Positions 40,024-49,647 of a stretch of 64,000 nt of DNA are shown in pieces. Within the stretch, counting starts at the first letter, position 1. The number at the start of each line of letters is the position of its first letter. Under the pieces are notes generated by a model. That model saw only the letters and a program-made list of their open reading frames with translations. It was not told the DNA's origin and made no database searches. Source of the DNA: an uncultured Clostridia bacterium (lineage in GTDB: Bacteria; Bacillota_I; Bacilli_A; RF39; UBA660); assembly GCA_947643225.1 (NCBI GenBank), contig CANRVH010000001.1, positions 6,868-70,867 of the forward strand. Reading direction: 5' to 3'. The position numbers and the translations under genes were made by a program.

Positions 40024-41421
40024 ATGTTAAAATATTATAAAAATACAGTTTTATATAACGATAATATTAAAACAGGGATCGGAATTATTACAGGGTGGAA
40101 AAAACCAAGCTTAATAAAAGAACATTTAACAAATGAAAGTTTAGATAAGACAAAGACGATAGGAACCTTATATACAAAGAATGGGATTAATTATATAATA
40201 GCAAATTTATTTTTAAATCCAGAGATTAATCATTTAATATTTTTAGAAGATTCAGATATAAAAAATACGATTAGTGAAAGTATAAAAACATTTTTATATT
40301 TTTTAGAAACAGAGGAAATTACTTTCCAAGAAAAGTTTCATTATAGTAAGGAAAATATACATGAATTTTGTACTTATTTTAAAAATCATATTTCTGTTGT
40401 GGCCAGTAAAAATTTAAATGAAGAAATTAATAAAATTTCCTCTGAAACAAATTGGAGAAAAGAACCATTAGAATTAGAAGCTATAAAAATAGAAAATACA
40501 GAGACTTTAACAAGTGAAAAACAAGGATTTATGGTTCGGGCCAATACTGTTAAAGAAGCATGGGAGCGTAGTTTAAAATTAATCGGCACATATGGAAATC
40601 TGAAACTATCTGATTACGATGAAAACCAACTGGAATTAATTAATCTATCAATTATTGTCAAAAATGAGAACTTAACAAGTCCCTCTATGATTGGAACACT
40701 TGAAATTACAGAAGAGGAATTAAGAAAATATGAGGAAAGTTTATTAGACAAAGAAAAAACATCAGATATTAAATATACATATGGGGGACGTTTTCGAAAT
40801 TTTCATGGAATAGATCAATTAGAATATATGGTAAAAACTTTAAAGAATACACAATACTCAAGAAGAGCTGTTTCAATGTTATGGGACCCCAATTTAGAGG
40901 CAAACCATAATGAAGGTCCTTGTCTAAATTTATATCAAGCTGTTGTTCAAGATAATCTGCTTTATATGACTGCTTATTTTCGCTCAAATGATATTTATAA
41001 TGCATATCCTAGAAACATTTATGGAATCTTAAAGATTCAAGATGAGTTATGTCAAAGACTAAATCTAGAAAAGGGATATGTTAATACTATTGCATGCTCT
41101 GCTCATGTATATGAAAGAAATTTTGAGGACTTGAAAGCATTTACAGAAAGCAATATTTTATTTTGTGAAGAAGATGAAAGAGGTTATTTCTTTGTAGAGA
41201 CTAGTGAAGATGGAATACAAGTAACATTATATAATAGAGAGGGTGTAGAACAAAAAGAATTTCAAGGAACAAGTGCAAATACACTTCGTGATGCAATATG
41301 TTTTCACACAAGTAATATAGAACATGCATTTTACTTAGGACAAGAAATAGCAAAAGCAGAGATTGCTTATAAAAATAATCTTCCATATATTCAGGATAAA
41401 GAACTTATACTAAAAAAATAA
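40024..41421 (+). CDS. thymidylate synthase (ThyA)-fold protein with an N-terminal extension of about 165 aa and altered active-site motifs
   Basis: The C-terminal 300 aa align to ThyA: [26 protein letters not shown] matches [37 protein letters not shown] matches [28 protein letters not shown] matches YQRSCDVFLGLPFNIAS, and SAHVY matches DTHLY. The N-terminal 165 aa match no family I recognise. Confidence 0.6.
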   Translation: [465 protein letters not shown]

Positions 41422-41515
41422 AAATATTTTAATATATAGAAAAATGATACATCAAAATAATATACTATAAAAAAAGAATACTATAGAAATATAGTAATTT
41501 TTTAAATGCAAATAG

Positions 41516-41974
41516 CTAAGAACAATTCAAAACATATAAACAGAAAGTAAAAGCACTAAGAATTAAACTATATAATACATTAATATCCAAGTATCGTGTA
41601 CTTTTCTCATTTAAAAAAGAAATTTCTTCATAAACATAAAGTAAACTAATAAAAAGAAGCATACTACTAAGAAAACAAAATAATAAATGATGCATATTAA
41701 AAAAAACTCGGATAAAGACAAAACTAATAAAATTAAGTAAAAGTTTAAAGTAGAAAGTTCGCCCTAAATTTTGATATTGATATAAAGAAATAATCTCAGT
41801 AAGAGATAAAGAAATAAGAATAACATAAACGAAATTAAAAACATGAAAAAAGTTAAGAGAAGGCTTAAAAACATGAAAAGTTAAACTAGTATAAAAAGAA
41901 GAATCAAGTTTAAATAATAAACATAGTCCAAAAGTAACAAAAATAAGAAAAAAATTTTTAAAAAACTTAATCAT
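41516..41974 (-). CDS. hypothetical polytopic membrane protein
   Basis: 152-aa hydrophobic ORF. It is the only convincing minus-strand ORF in this stretch. Low complexity. Confidence 0.35.
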   Translation of the reverse strand: MIKFFKNFFLIFVTFGLCLLFKLDSSFYTSLTFHVFKPSLNFFHVFNFVYVILISLSLTEIISLYQYQNLGRTFYFKLLLNFISFVFIRVFFNMHHLLFCFLSSMLLFISLLYVYEEISFLNEKSTRYLDINVLYSLILSAFTFCLYVLNCS

Positions 41975-42115
41975 CTTAATCTACTCCTTCTAAAAAAATA
42001 TATGCAAAAAATTTTGACTTATGAAAAGTTAAAAAGAAATGATTATTTTAAAATAATTCATTAAACTTTAGAACTTAGTCCTTTTCTATTTCTAACATAT
42101 AGTATATAATATAAT

Positions 42116-43288
42116 ATGACAGGAGGAGATAACTTGAAATATGAAATAGATGAATCATTATTAGATGAAAAAAATATGTTAACCATGAAATTATTACATT
42201 ATTTTATAACAGAAAAAAACTATAATCCTGTAATATTACAGGGAGTAGATAATGAAATATGGCTTGAAAACTTAGATGAAGATTATAGAATTGTAAGAAT
42301 TGTATCAGGAAATATCTTAAATGAGGAACAATTTAGATTTGATGTTTTTAAAACGAAAAGAATTGTCAAAAAAATAAAAGCAAAAACTTTGACATTAAAA
42401 ATCAATACATTAAGTATTTTTTTAGATATAGAAGAATCTTTTACAGAAAAACCTTCAAAAGATATTACTTGTTTAAAAATAAAAAGTGAAACGGACATTA
42501 AAAAAAATAAGATTCTAAAAAAGTTTTTTCCTGATATTTCAAAAAAATTAAAGTATTCTGAAGAAGGGTTACAATTATTTATGAGGATAACTAACGATAT
42601 TAATAAACACAATGTAAAGGATAATAAAAAAGTAGAAGAAGTTTTTAGACAAAAGTATCCACTAGTAACATATACCCTAATTACGATAAACGTTTTAATT
42701 TACTTAATACCATTTCTTTTTAATGAGATAAATTTTTTCTTAAATAAATTTTGTCTCTATAATCCCTTAATAAAAAATGGGGAGTATTATAGAATATTAA
42801 CTGGAGCATTCTTACATGCTAATATTTTTCATCTATTATTTAACTGTTATACTCTATATGTAATAGGAATACAACTAGAAAGCTTTTTAGGAAAGATCAA
42901 ATATTTATTAGTATATTTATTTAGTGCAATAACAGCATCCCTAATGTCTATGATTTTTCTTGGAAATAGTGTTAGTGTAGGGGCAAGTGGAGCCATATTT
43001 GGATTAATGGGAAGTTTAGTATATTTTGGATATTACTATAGAGTATATCTAGGAAGTATTGTAAAAACCCAAATTATTCCTCTAATTATAACGAATTTAC
43101 TTTTAGGATTAATGATTACAGGTATTGATAATTTTGCACATATTGGCGGATTAATAGGAGGATCATTAATTACAATTGCTTTAGGAGTAAAATATAAAAG
43201 TAGCACCTTTGAAAAAGTAAATGGATATATCTTATCCTTTATTTATTTAATATTTTTAATTTTTATGGCATTTACATATACAATGTAA
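42116..43288 (+). CDS. rhomboid family intramembrane serine protease with an N-terminal cytoplasmic extension
   Basis: Catalytic Ser motif GASGAIFGLMG and His motif AHIGGLIGG in the C-terminal six-TM core. The N-terminal domain of about 180 aa is unknown. Confidence 0.8.
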   Translation: MTGGDNLKYEIDESLLDEKNMLTMKLLHYFITEKNYNPVILQGVDNEIWLENLDEDYRIVRIVSGNILNEEQFRFDVFKTKRIVKKIKAKTLTLKINTLSIFLDIEESFTEKPSKDITCLKIKSETDIKKNKILKKFFPDISKKLKYSEEGLQLFMRITNDINKHNVKDNKKVEEVFRQKYPLVTYTLITINVLIYLIPFLFNEINFFLNKFCLYNPLIKNGEYYRILTGAFLHANIFHLLFNCYTLYVIGIQLESFLGKIKYLLVYLFSAITASLMSMIFLGNSVSVGASGAIFGLMGSLVYFGYYYRVYLGSIVKTQIIPLIITNLLLGLMITGIDNFAHIGGLIGGSLITIALGVKYKSSTFEKVNGYILSFIYLIFLIFMAFTYTM

Positions 43289-43354
43289 AGAGATTTGCTT
43301 AAAGAATAAAATAATGCTAAAATAAAATTATATAATGATAGAGAGGTGAACTTA

Positions 43355-43606
43355 ATGAGTTTAGAAGAAACAAGTCTTTTTCATATAGCCGATATGAATG
43401 TAGAAGAAATTCGTTATATCCTAAAGGAAGTATATAATGCCTTAGAAGAAAGAGGATATAATCCAACCAATCAAATAGTAGGATATCTAATTAGTGGAGA
43501 TCTAGGATATATTTCTAGCTATAAAGATGCCCGCAAAAAAATGCAAACAATAGATAGAGCAAAAATCGTAGAAGTTCTTTTAGAAGAATTTCAAAGGAGA
43601 AAATAA
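43355..43606 (+). CDS. IreB/UPF0297 family regulatory protein (YrzL-like)
   Basis: EVYNALEERGYNPTNQIVGYLISGDLGYISSYKDAR is diagnostic of UPF0297. It is first of the conserved yrzL-ruvX-yrzB-mltG-yrrM cluster. Confidence 0.75.
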   Translation: MSLEETSLFHIADMNVEEIRYILKEVYNALEERGYNPTNQIVGYLISGDLGYISSYKDARKKMQTIDRAKIVEVLLEEFQRRK

Positions 43607-44022
43607 TGCGTTATTTAGGCCTAGATCTAGGATCAAAAACGTTAGGAATTGCTATATCCGATCAAACAGGAATGATTGCTAGAAGTCTTAAAATCATTCG
43701 ACATGAAGAAGAATACGAAAGACTCCTAAAAGAAATAAAAAAATTAGTAGAAGAAGAAAAAATAGAAGGTATTGTTTTAGGCTATCCTAAAAACATGAAT
43801 AATACAATAGGAGAAAAAGCAAAGTTAAGTGAAACCTTTAAAGAACAATTAGAAAAAGAATGTAAGATAAAAGTTGAGTTGGAGGATGAAAGACTAACTA
43901 CGAAACAAGCAACAGATATTTTAATTAGTAACAATACATCAAGAAAAAAAAGAAAAAAAGTAATTGATAGCATGGCAGCAACCATTATCTTGCAAAGTTA
44001 TTTAGATAAGAAAGGAAAATAA
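43606..44022 (+). CDS. ruvX: Holliday junction resolvase-like protein RuvX/YqgF
   Basis: MRYLGLDLGSKTLGIAISD (RNase H-like N-terminus) and the conserved DERLTT motif. Confidence 0.85.
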   Translation: MRYLGLDLGSKTLGIAISDQTGMIARSLKIIRHEEEYERLLKEIKKLVEEEKIEGIVLGYPKNMNNTIGEKAKLSETFKEQLEKECKIKVELEDERLTTKQATDILISNNTSRKKRKKVIDSMAATIILQSYLDKKGK

Positions 44023-44024
44023 AA

Positions 44025-44309
44025 ATGGAACAAAATAGTTTTACCATCGTAAATGATGAAGGCCGTGAAGTAAAATACGATGTATTATTCACATTTCAAA
44101 GTGAGGAAACAAATAAAGATTATATTGTATATACCGATAATTCAAAAGATAAAGAAGGAAACATTCAAGTATTCGCCTCAATTTATCATCCCAAAGAGGA
44201 ACCAGCAAGATTGGAAGCAATTGAAACAGAACAAGAATGGAAAATTATCGACACAATTTTAAAAACAATTCAAGAAGAATTAAAAAATAATCAAGACGAG
44301 CAAAATTAA
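44025..44309 (+). CDS. DUF1292/UPF0473 family protein (YrzB-like)
   Basis: IVNDEGREVKYDVLFTF…DYIVYTD pattern. Position in the conserved cluster. Confidence 0.65.
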   Translation: MEQNSFTIVNDEGREVKYDVLFTFQSEETNKDYIVYTDNSKDKEGNIQVFASIYHPKEEPARLEAIETEQEWKIIDTILKTIQEELKNNQDEQN

Positions 44310-44343
44310 CCATTCGCTCGTTGTTTGTTATGAAAGGGGAAAC

Positions 44344-45429
44344 ATGAGAAGAAGAAAGTTAAAAAGAAAAGTCAAAGTAACCATTGTTATATTAGTTATA
44401 CTAGGACTTCTTCTTATTGCTAGTAGTGGTCTTTATAGTTATTTAGTAAGTCCAGTAGATAAAACATCAAAAGCAACGATTGAAGTAAAAATTACAACAG
44501 GAATGTCCACCAAAAAGATAGGAGAACTTTTAGAGAAAAAAGGCCTAATTAGAGACAGCAGTTTTTTTCTAATATACACCAAACTAAACCATTGCAGTTC
44601 CCTAAAAGCAGCAACTTATGATTTAAAGAAAAATATGTCTTTAAGAAAAATAACAGATGTCATTTGTAATGGACAAGCTAGTAATACAGAAACAATCAAT
44701 ATTACCTTTAAAGAAGGAAAAAGAATTACAGATTATGCTAAACTAATTAGTGAAAAAACAACTAATAGCTATGATGATGTCATAAATTTAATGAAGAATT
44801 ATACCTACATCGAAGAATTAATTGATAAATATTGGTTTCTAACAGAAACTATCTTAAATCCCAACATTTATTATCCTCTAGAAGGATATATCTATCCTGA
44901 TACATACCAATTTGAAAATAAAAATGTAGAGATTAAAACAATAATAGAGAAAATGTTAAATCAAACAGATAAAATATTAACAGAATACAAAGATAGTTTA
45001 CAAAATAGTAAACATACGATTCACGAATATCTAACTTTAGCAAGTATGGCTGAACTTGAAGGAACAAATACAGAAAATAGAAAGATGATTGTTGGAATTT
45101 TTGAAAATCGCATGAAAAGAAAAATGAATCTAGGAAGTGATGTAACAACATACTATGCATTACAACTCCCTATGACTAGTGATTTAACAGCAAAACAATT
45201 TGCAACTAAAAATCCATATAACACTAGAGATATGGAAATGAAAACACTCCCAGTAGGCCCAATAGCAAGTATTTCTAAGTCATCTCTAGAAGCAGCACTT
45301 AATCCAACACCAAGTTCATATTACTACTTTGTAGCAGATAAACTAGGAAATATTTTTTATACTAAAAATAGCAATGAACATTTAAAGAAAGTTCAAGAAA
45401 TAAAGGAAGCGGGAAACTGGATATGGTAG
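44344..45429 (+). CDS. mltG: endolytic murein transglycosylase MltG (YceG family)
   Basis: N-terminal TM helix, a LysM-like segment and the YceG core (…YYFVADKLGNIFYTKN…). Position in the conserved cluster. Confidence 0.8.
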   Translation: MRRRKLKRKVKVTIVILVILGLLLIASSGLYSYLVSPVDKTSKATIEVKITTGMSTKKIGELLEKKGLIRDSSFFLIYTKLNHCSSLKAATYDLKKNMSLRKITDVICNGQASNTETINITFKEGKRITDYAKLISEKTTNSYDDVINLMKNYTYIEELIDKYWFLTETILNPNIYYPLEGYIYPDTYQFENKNVEIKTIIEKMLNQTDKILTEYKDSLQNSKHTIHEYLTLASMAELEGTNTENRKMIVGIFENRMKRKMNLGSDVTTYYALQLPMTSDLTAKQFATKNPYNTRDMEMKTLPVGPIASISKSSLEAALNPTPSSYYYFVADKLGNIFYTKNSNEHLKKVQEIKEAGNWIW

Positions 45430-46010
45430 AGGAATTAGAAAAAATAAAAGAATATGCCAAAGTTAATCATATTCCCATTATGCAAGAAGATGGAATAGAA
45501 TTTTTAATTAAATTGATTAAAGAAAATAAGATAAAAAATATTTTAGAAATAGGAACAGCAATAGCATACTCCACTATAAAAATGGCTTTAGTAGATCCTT
45601 CAATTAAAATAACAACAATTGAAAGAGATGAAGAAAGATACTTAGAAGCTTCAAAAAATATCAAAAAATTAGACTTAGAAAAACAAATCACGATAATTTT
45701 CAATGATGCAAGTGAAGTGAACCTACAACAAAAATATGATCTAATCTTTATTGATGCTGCTAAGGCACAAAATAAAAGATTTTTTCTAAAATTTAAAGAT
45801 AATCTAAAAAAAGATGGATATATTACAACAGATAATATCAATTTTCATGGATTAACTAAAAAGAACTTAGAAGAAATTGAAAGTAAAAATCTAAGAGGCT
45901 TAATTAGAAAGATTAACGATTATATTAACTTCTTAAAAGAAAACAAAGAATACACAACAACTTTTTATGAAGTAGGAGATGGCATAGCAATCAGTAAAAG
46001 GAATGAGTAA
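45423..46010 (+). CDS. class I SAM-dependent O-methyltransferase (YrrM/caffeoyl-CoA OMT-like)
   Basis: SAM motif ILEIGTAIAYSTI…FDLIFIDAAK. It overlaps the mltG stop. Confidence 0.75.
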   Translation: MVEELEKIKEYAKVNHIPIMQEDGIEFLIKLIKENKIKNILEIGTAIAYSTIKMALVDPSIKITTIERDEERYLEASKNIKKLDLEKQITIIFNDASEVNLQQKYDLIFIDAAKAQNKRFFLKFKDNLKKDGYITTDNINFHGLTKKNLEEIESKNLRGLIRKINDYINFLKENKEYTTTFYEVGDGIAISKRNE

Positions 46011-46728
46011 AATGAATGATCTAAAAAAAATTGAATATAATAAGAAATTATTAATTGCATTAATTATAGTACTTATCTTATATATCGTTTTATTAATAGT
46101 AAAAAATAACAATGATCAAGCCTATAGCAACTACAAGGACGATGAAAGTAAAGAATATGTGTATACAAAATATGAATCAACTAAAAATAATGCTAAAGTA
46201 CCTTATATTAATTTAGTAACAGAAGATGCCAAAAAGGTTAATCAGGAGATTTTAACTCTTGCAACAGAATACTTAAAAGCAACTAATAAGAATAAAACAG
46301 TGACTTATCGTTACAATCAAAACAAAAATATTTTATCTGTAGTTCTAACCTTTAGGGATATTAATCAATATGATCAGTTAAAATATCGCTATAAAACATA
46401 TGTCTTCGATTTAAAGAATTCTGCAAAATTATTAACAAATAATCAAATTATTGATAAATTTAATATTACCTATGACGAAATAAATGAAATTATGGCTAAA
46501 GCAATGAAAGAAAAGTATGTAGATGAAGTAAGAAAAGGTTTTATTGAAAAAAACGAATGCAATTATAGCTGTTTTTTAGAAAATAGAAATATTAATAATT
46601 ATATCGATCAGGCAAACTATTATATAGAAAACTCTCATCTAATGGTATATAGAGCCTTTGAAGTATATTCTATTTATGGTGAAGAAGAATATTTTACTAG
46701 AAATGACTTTAAATTTTTAATAAAATAG
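46003..46728 (+). CDS. hypothetical N-terminally anchored protein
   Basis: TM helix, then a hydrophilic domain (…HLMVYRAFEVYSIYGEEEYF…). No confident family. Confidence 0.4.
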   Translation: MSKMNDLKKIEYNKKLLIALIIVLILYIVLLIVKNNNDQAYSNYKDDESKEYVYTKYESTKNNAKVPYINLVTEDAKKVNQEILTLATEYLKATNKNKTVTYRYNQNKNILSVVLTFRDINQYDQLKYRYKTYVFDLKNSAKLLTNNQIIDKFNITYDEINEIMAKAMKEKYVDEVRKGFIEKNECNYSCFLENRNINNYIDQANYYIENSHLMVYRAFEVYSIYGEEEYFTRNDFKFLIK

Positions 46729-46771
46729 GTATAATAGAAGAAGAAATTTTAAAAGAAAAAGAGGTGATTTT

Positions 46772-47629
46772 ATGTCTTTTATTTTAACTGCAAGTGCCAA
46801 TATTTGTTCAGATTTTGTTTTAGCAACAATATTAAGTATTATAAGAAGAGGACTTAATCTGATTCAAATCATTGTTCCATTCGTTTTACTTATATCAGGA
46901 ATATTACGATTTATAAAATTAATGTTAAATCCAGATAATGATAAAAAAGGCATGAAAGCCTTCTTTAACTCAATTATAGCAGCAGTTATTATCTTTTTTT
47001 TACCAGCAATAATAAATACAATGATGAATATCATTAATGAATCAGGTGAAGTAGGAATAACAGATGATCAATATTTAACTGTTTTCAATCTATCAAGTTG
47101 TTGGACAGCTGCTGAAAATACTCAAGCAGAAATGGATTCTGTAGCAGAAAGTGGTGGCTCCAATAGTTCAACGATAAAAGACGAATACAAAAAATATATT
47201 TTGCTAAATGATACCTCGAATATAACTCCCTTCGAACGTCCAAATTCTTCTAGCAATGCCCAAAATACAGAAATGGGAACAAAAATCATCAATTATGCCA
47301 AACAATTTATTGGGAGACCTTATGTATGGGGAGGGAATAGCTTAACAAACGGAACAGATTGTAGTGGATTTATTCATTTGGTTTATGCTAACTTTGGAAT
47401 TAATGTTCCAAGGCAATCCACGGCATTCAGAACAATAGGAACAGAAGTACCAAGTATTAATGATGCACGAGCAGGTGACATCATTTGTTACAATGAACAC
47501 GTTGCTTTGTTCCAAGGAGATGGACTAAAAATTGTTCATGCTAAAAGTTCTAAAACAGGAATAGTAGAAGACCAAACTCCTTTTTATGGAAGTAAAAGTG
47601 TAATCACAATTAGAAGAGTAGTAAATTAA
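46772..47629 (+). CDS. membrane protein with a novel N-terminal two-TM domain fused to a C-terminal NlpC/P60 peptidoglycan endopeptidase domain
   Basis: NlpC/P60 core GRPYVWGGNSLTNGTDCSGFIHLVYANFGINVP…HVALFQGDG…HA. The N-terminal domain of about 120 aa is shared with the next gene. Confidence 0.7.
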   Translation: MSFILTASANICSDFVLATILSIIRRGLNLIQIIVPFVLLISGILRFIKLMLNPDNDKKGMKAFFNSIIAAVIIFFLPAIINTMMNIINESGEVGITDDQYLTVFNLSSCWTAAENTQAEMDSVAESGGSNSSTIKDEYKKYILLNDTSNITPFERPNSSSNAQNTEMGTKIINYAKQFIGRPYVWGGNSLTNGTDCSGFIHLVYANFGINVPRQSTAFRTIGTEVPSINDARAGDIICYNEHVALFQGDGLKIVHAKSSKTGIVEDQTPFYGSKSVITIRRVVN

Positions 47630-47642
47630 AGAAGGTGATGAA

Positions 47643-48068
47643 ATGATTTATCTAGCAGAATCAATTTGTAGAGACTATACTTTAGCAACAATTTTATCGA
47701 TAATAAAAAGAGCACTTACCTTAATTCAAGTCGTAGTTCCCATAGTTTTACTTATATCTGGTATCATGCAGTTTATAAAATTAATGTTAAATCCAGATAA
47801 TGATAAAAAAAAATTAAAAGCCTTTTTAAATTCAATTATAGCAGCAACAATTATTTTTTTCTTACCATTAATTATAAATATATCCATGAATATCATCAAT
47901 ATCAATTATGAAGCAGGAATAGCAAAAGATGATATAATTACAGCTTTTGATATTAGTAGTTGTTGGGAGAAAGTAGATCAAATCCAAGATGAAATGGACT
48001 CAGCAAATGAGACAAAAAGTAGTACCATAAAAGAGGAAGAAGAAAAGAAATTGACCACATTAAAGTAA
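47643..48068 (+). CDS. paralogue of the N-terminal domain of the preceding gene, lacking the NlpC/P60 domain
   Basis: About 65% amino-acid identity to residues 1-130 of the 46772 product (LATILSII[KR]R.L.LIQ..VP.VLLISGI..FIKLMLNPDNDKK..KAF.NSIIAA.IIFFLP.IIN). It contains an A9 run. Confidence 0.5.
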   Translation: MIYLAESICRDYTLATILSIIKRALTLIQVVVPIVLLISGIMQFIKLMLNPDNDKKKLKAFLNSIIAATIIFFLPLIINISMNIININYEAGIAKDDIITAFDISSCWEKVDQIQDEMDSANETKSSTIKEEEEKKLTTLK

Positions 48069-48119
48069 ATCATCATATAATTAATCATATTATAATAGTA
48101 AAAAGAAAGAAGGCAAAAG

Positions 48120-49427
48120 ATGAAATATTATTGTTTAGGAATAAAAGGAACAGGAATGTCAACTCTTGCTCAAATCCTACATGATTTAGGACATACAGTA
48201 ACAGGTTATGACGATGCCAAAGAATATAAGTTTACTCAAAAGGGACTAGATGATAGAAAGATTAAAATTTATTACGAACATAATCATGCTATTGATCAAG
48301 ACACAATTGTAACCTATTCAGTTGCTGTAAAAGAAGATCATCAAGAACTTCAACGAATAAAAGAAATGGGTTTAAAAATAAAAAAATACAATGAAATAAT
48401 GGGTGATATTACCAAAATATTTGACACGATCTCTGTAGCAGGAACACATGGAAAAACAACAACATCTTCACTAATCAAACATATTTTATATCATACAATA
48501 GGTTGTAATTATTTTATAGGAGCAGGAGATGGTTATGCCAATAAGAAAAATAAACTATTTGTTATGGAATCAGACGAATTTAACAAACATTTTATAACCT
48601 ATTATCCAAAATATTCTGTAATTACTAACATAGAAAAAGAACATATGGAGTGTTATAAAGATCTAAATGACATTATTTCCACATTTGAAGTCCTTGCCAA
48701 TCATACAAGAGAAGAAATTATAGCCTGTGGAGATAATGAAAATATCAGAAAAATAACACCAACAAAAACTCCTATTATTTATTATGGATTTAGTGAAAAC
48801 AATGAATATCAAATAAAAAATGAACAAATAACAGAAAAGGGAGAGAATTTTGATTTATATCAAAATAAGAAATGGTTAGGGAATTTTACTGTACCATTAT
48901 ATGGAAAGCATATGGTTTTAAATACAACAGCAGCTATAATTATATGTATGAAACATAATATTGAAATAGAAAAAATAAAAGAGTTATTGTTAACCTTTCA
49001 AAATGCTAAGCGTCGTTTTGTAGAAGAAAAAATAAAAGATAGCATTATTATCGACGATTATGCACATCATCCAACAGAAATAAAAGTAACACTAGAAGCA
49101 ATTAGAGCAAAGTACCCCAAGAAAAGATTAGTAGCAGTTTTTAAGCCTAATACATATTCTAGAACAAAGGATTTTAAAGATGAATTCATTCAATCGTTAA
49201 AAATAGCAGATAAAGTCTATTTAACAGAAATAGATTGTAATAGAGAAAAACAAGAAGATTATGAGGGAGTAACTTCTCATACAATATTAGATCAAATAAA
49301 AGATGCTGAGATCATTTCTGAAGATACCATTAATAAATTAGAAAATGAAAAAAATTCAGTGATTTGCTTTATGAGTTGTGCCTATGTAAATCACTTGATA
49401 GAGGGATATAAGAACTTATTAAAATAG
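48120..49427 (+). CDS. murC: UDP-N-acetylmuramate--L-alanine ligase
   Basis: Mur ligase N-terminus MKYYCLGIKGTGMSTLAQIL, the ATP-binding motif VAGTHGKTTTSSLI, and the DDYAHHPTEI C-terminal domain. Confidence 0.9.
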   Translation: MKYYCLGIKGTGMSTLAQILHDLGHTVTGYDDAKEYKFTQKGLDDRKIKIYYEHNHAIDQDTIVTYSVAVKEDHQELQRIKEMGLKIKKYNEIMGDITKIFDTISVAGTHGKTTTSSLIKHILYHTIGCNYFIGAGDGYANKKNKLFVMESDEFNKHFITYYPKYSVITNIEKEHMECYKDLNDIISTFEVLANHTREEIIACGDNENIRKITPTKTPIIYYGFSENNEYQIKNEQITEKGENFDLYQNKKWLGNFTVPLYGKHMVLNTTAAIIICMKHNIEIEKIKELLLTFQNAKRRFVEEKIKDSIIIDDYAHHPTEIKVTLEAIRAKYPKKRLVAVFKPNTYSRTKDFKDEFIQSLKIADKVYLTEIDCNREKQEDYEGVTSHTILDQIKDAEIISEDTINKLENEKNSVICFMSCAYVNHLIEGYKNLLK

Positions 49428-49647
49428 TTCTTTTCTTTATTAATCCCATAATTTCCCATACTTTTTTGATAATTAATCGACAATTTTTAGTTATGATAAA
49501 GCTGTAGAAAGGAAGGGATGCCAATAAGAAAAAAATAGATAAAAAAAATAAAATAATACATTAATATACAAAATGGAGGTAATGAATATAAGATTAGAAA
49601 AAATAAAAATTTAGTGATATACTAACTATTGAAAAGTAGGTGATAGT

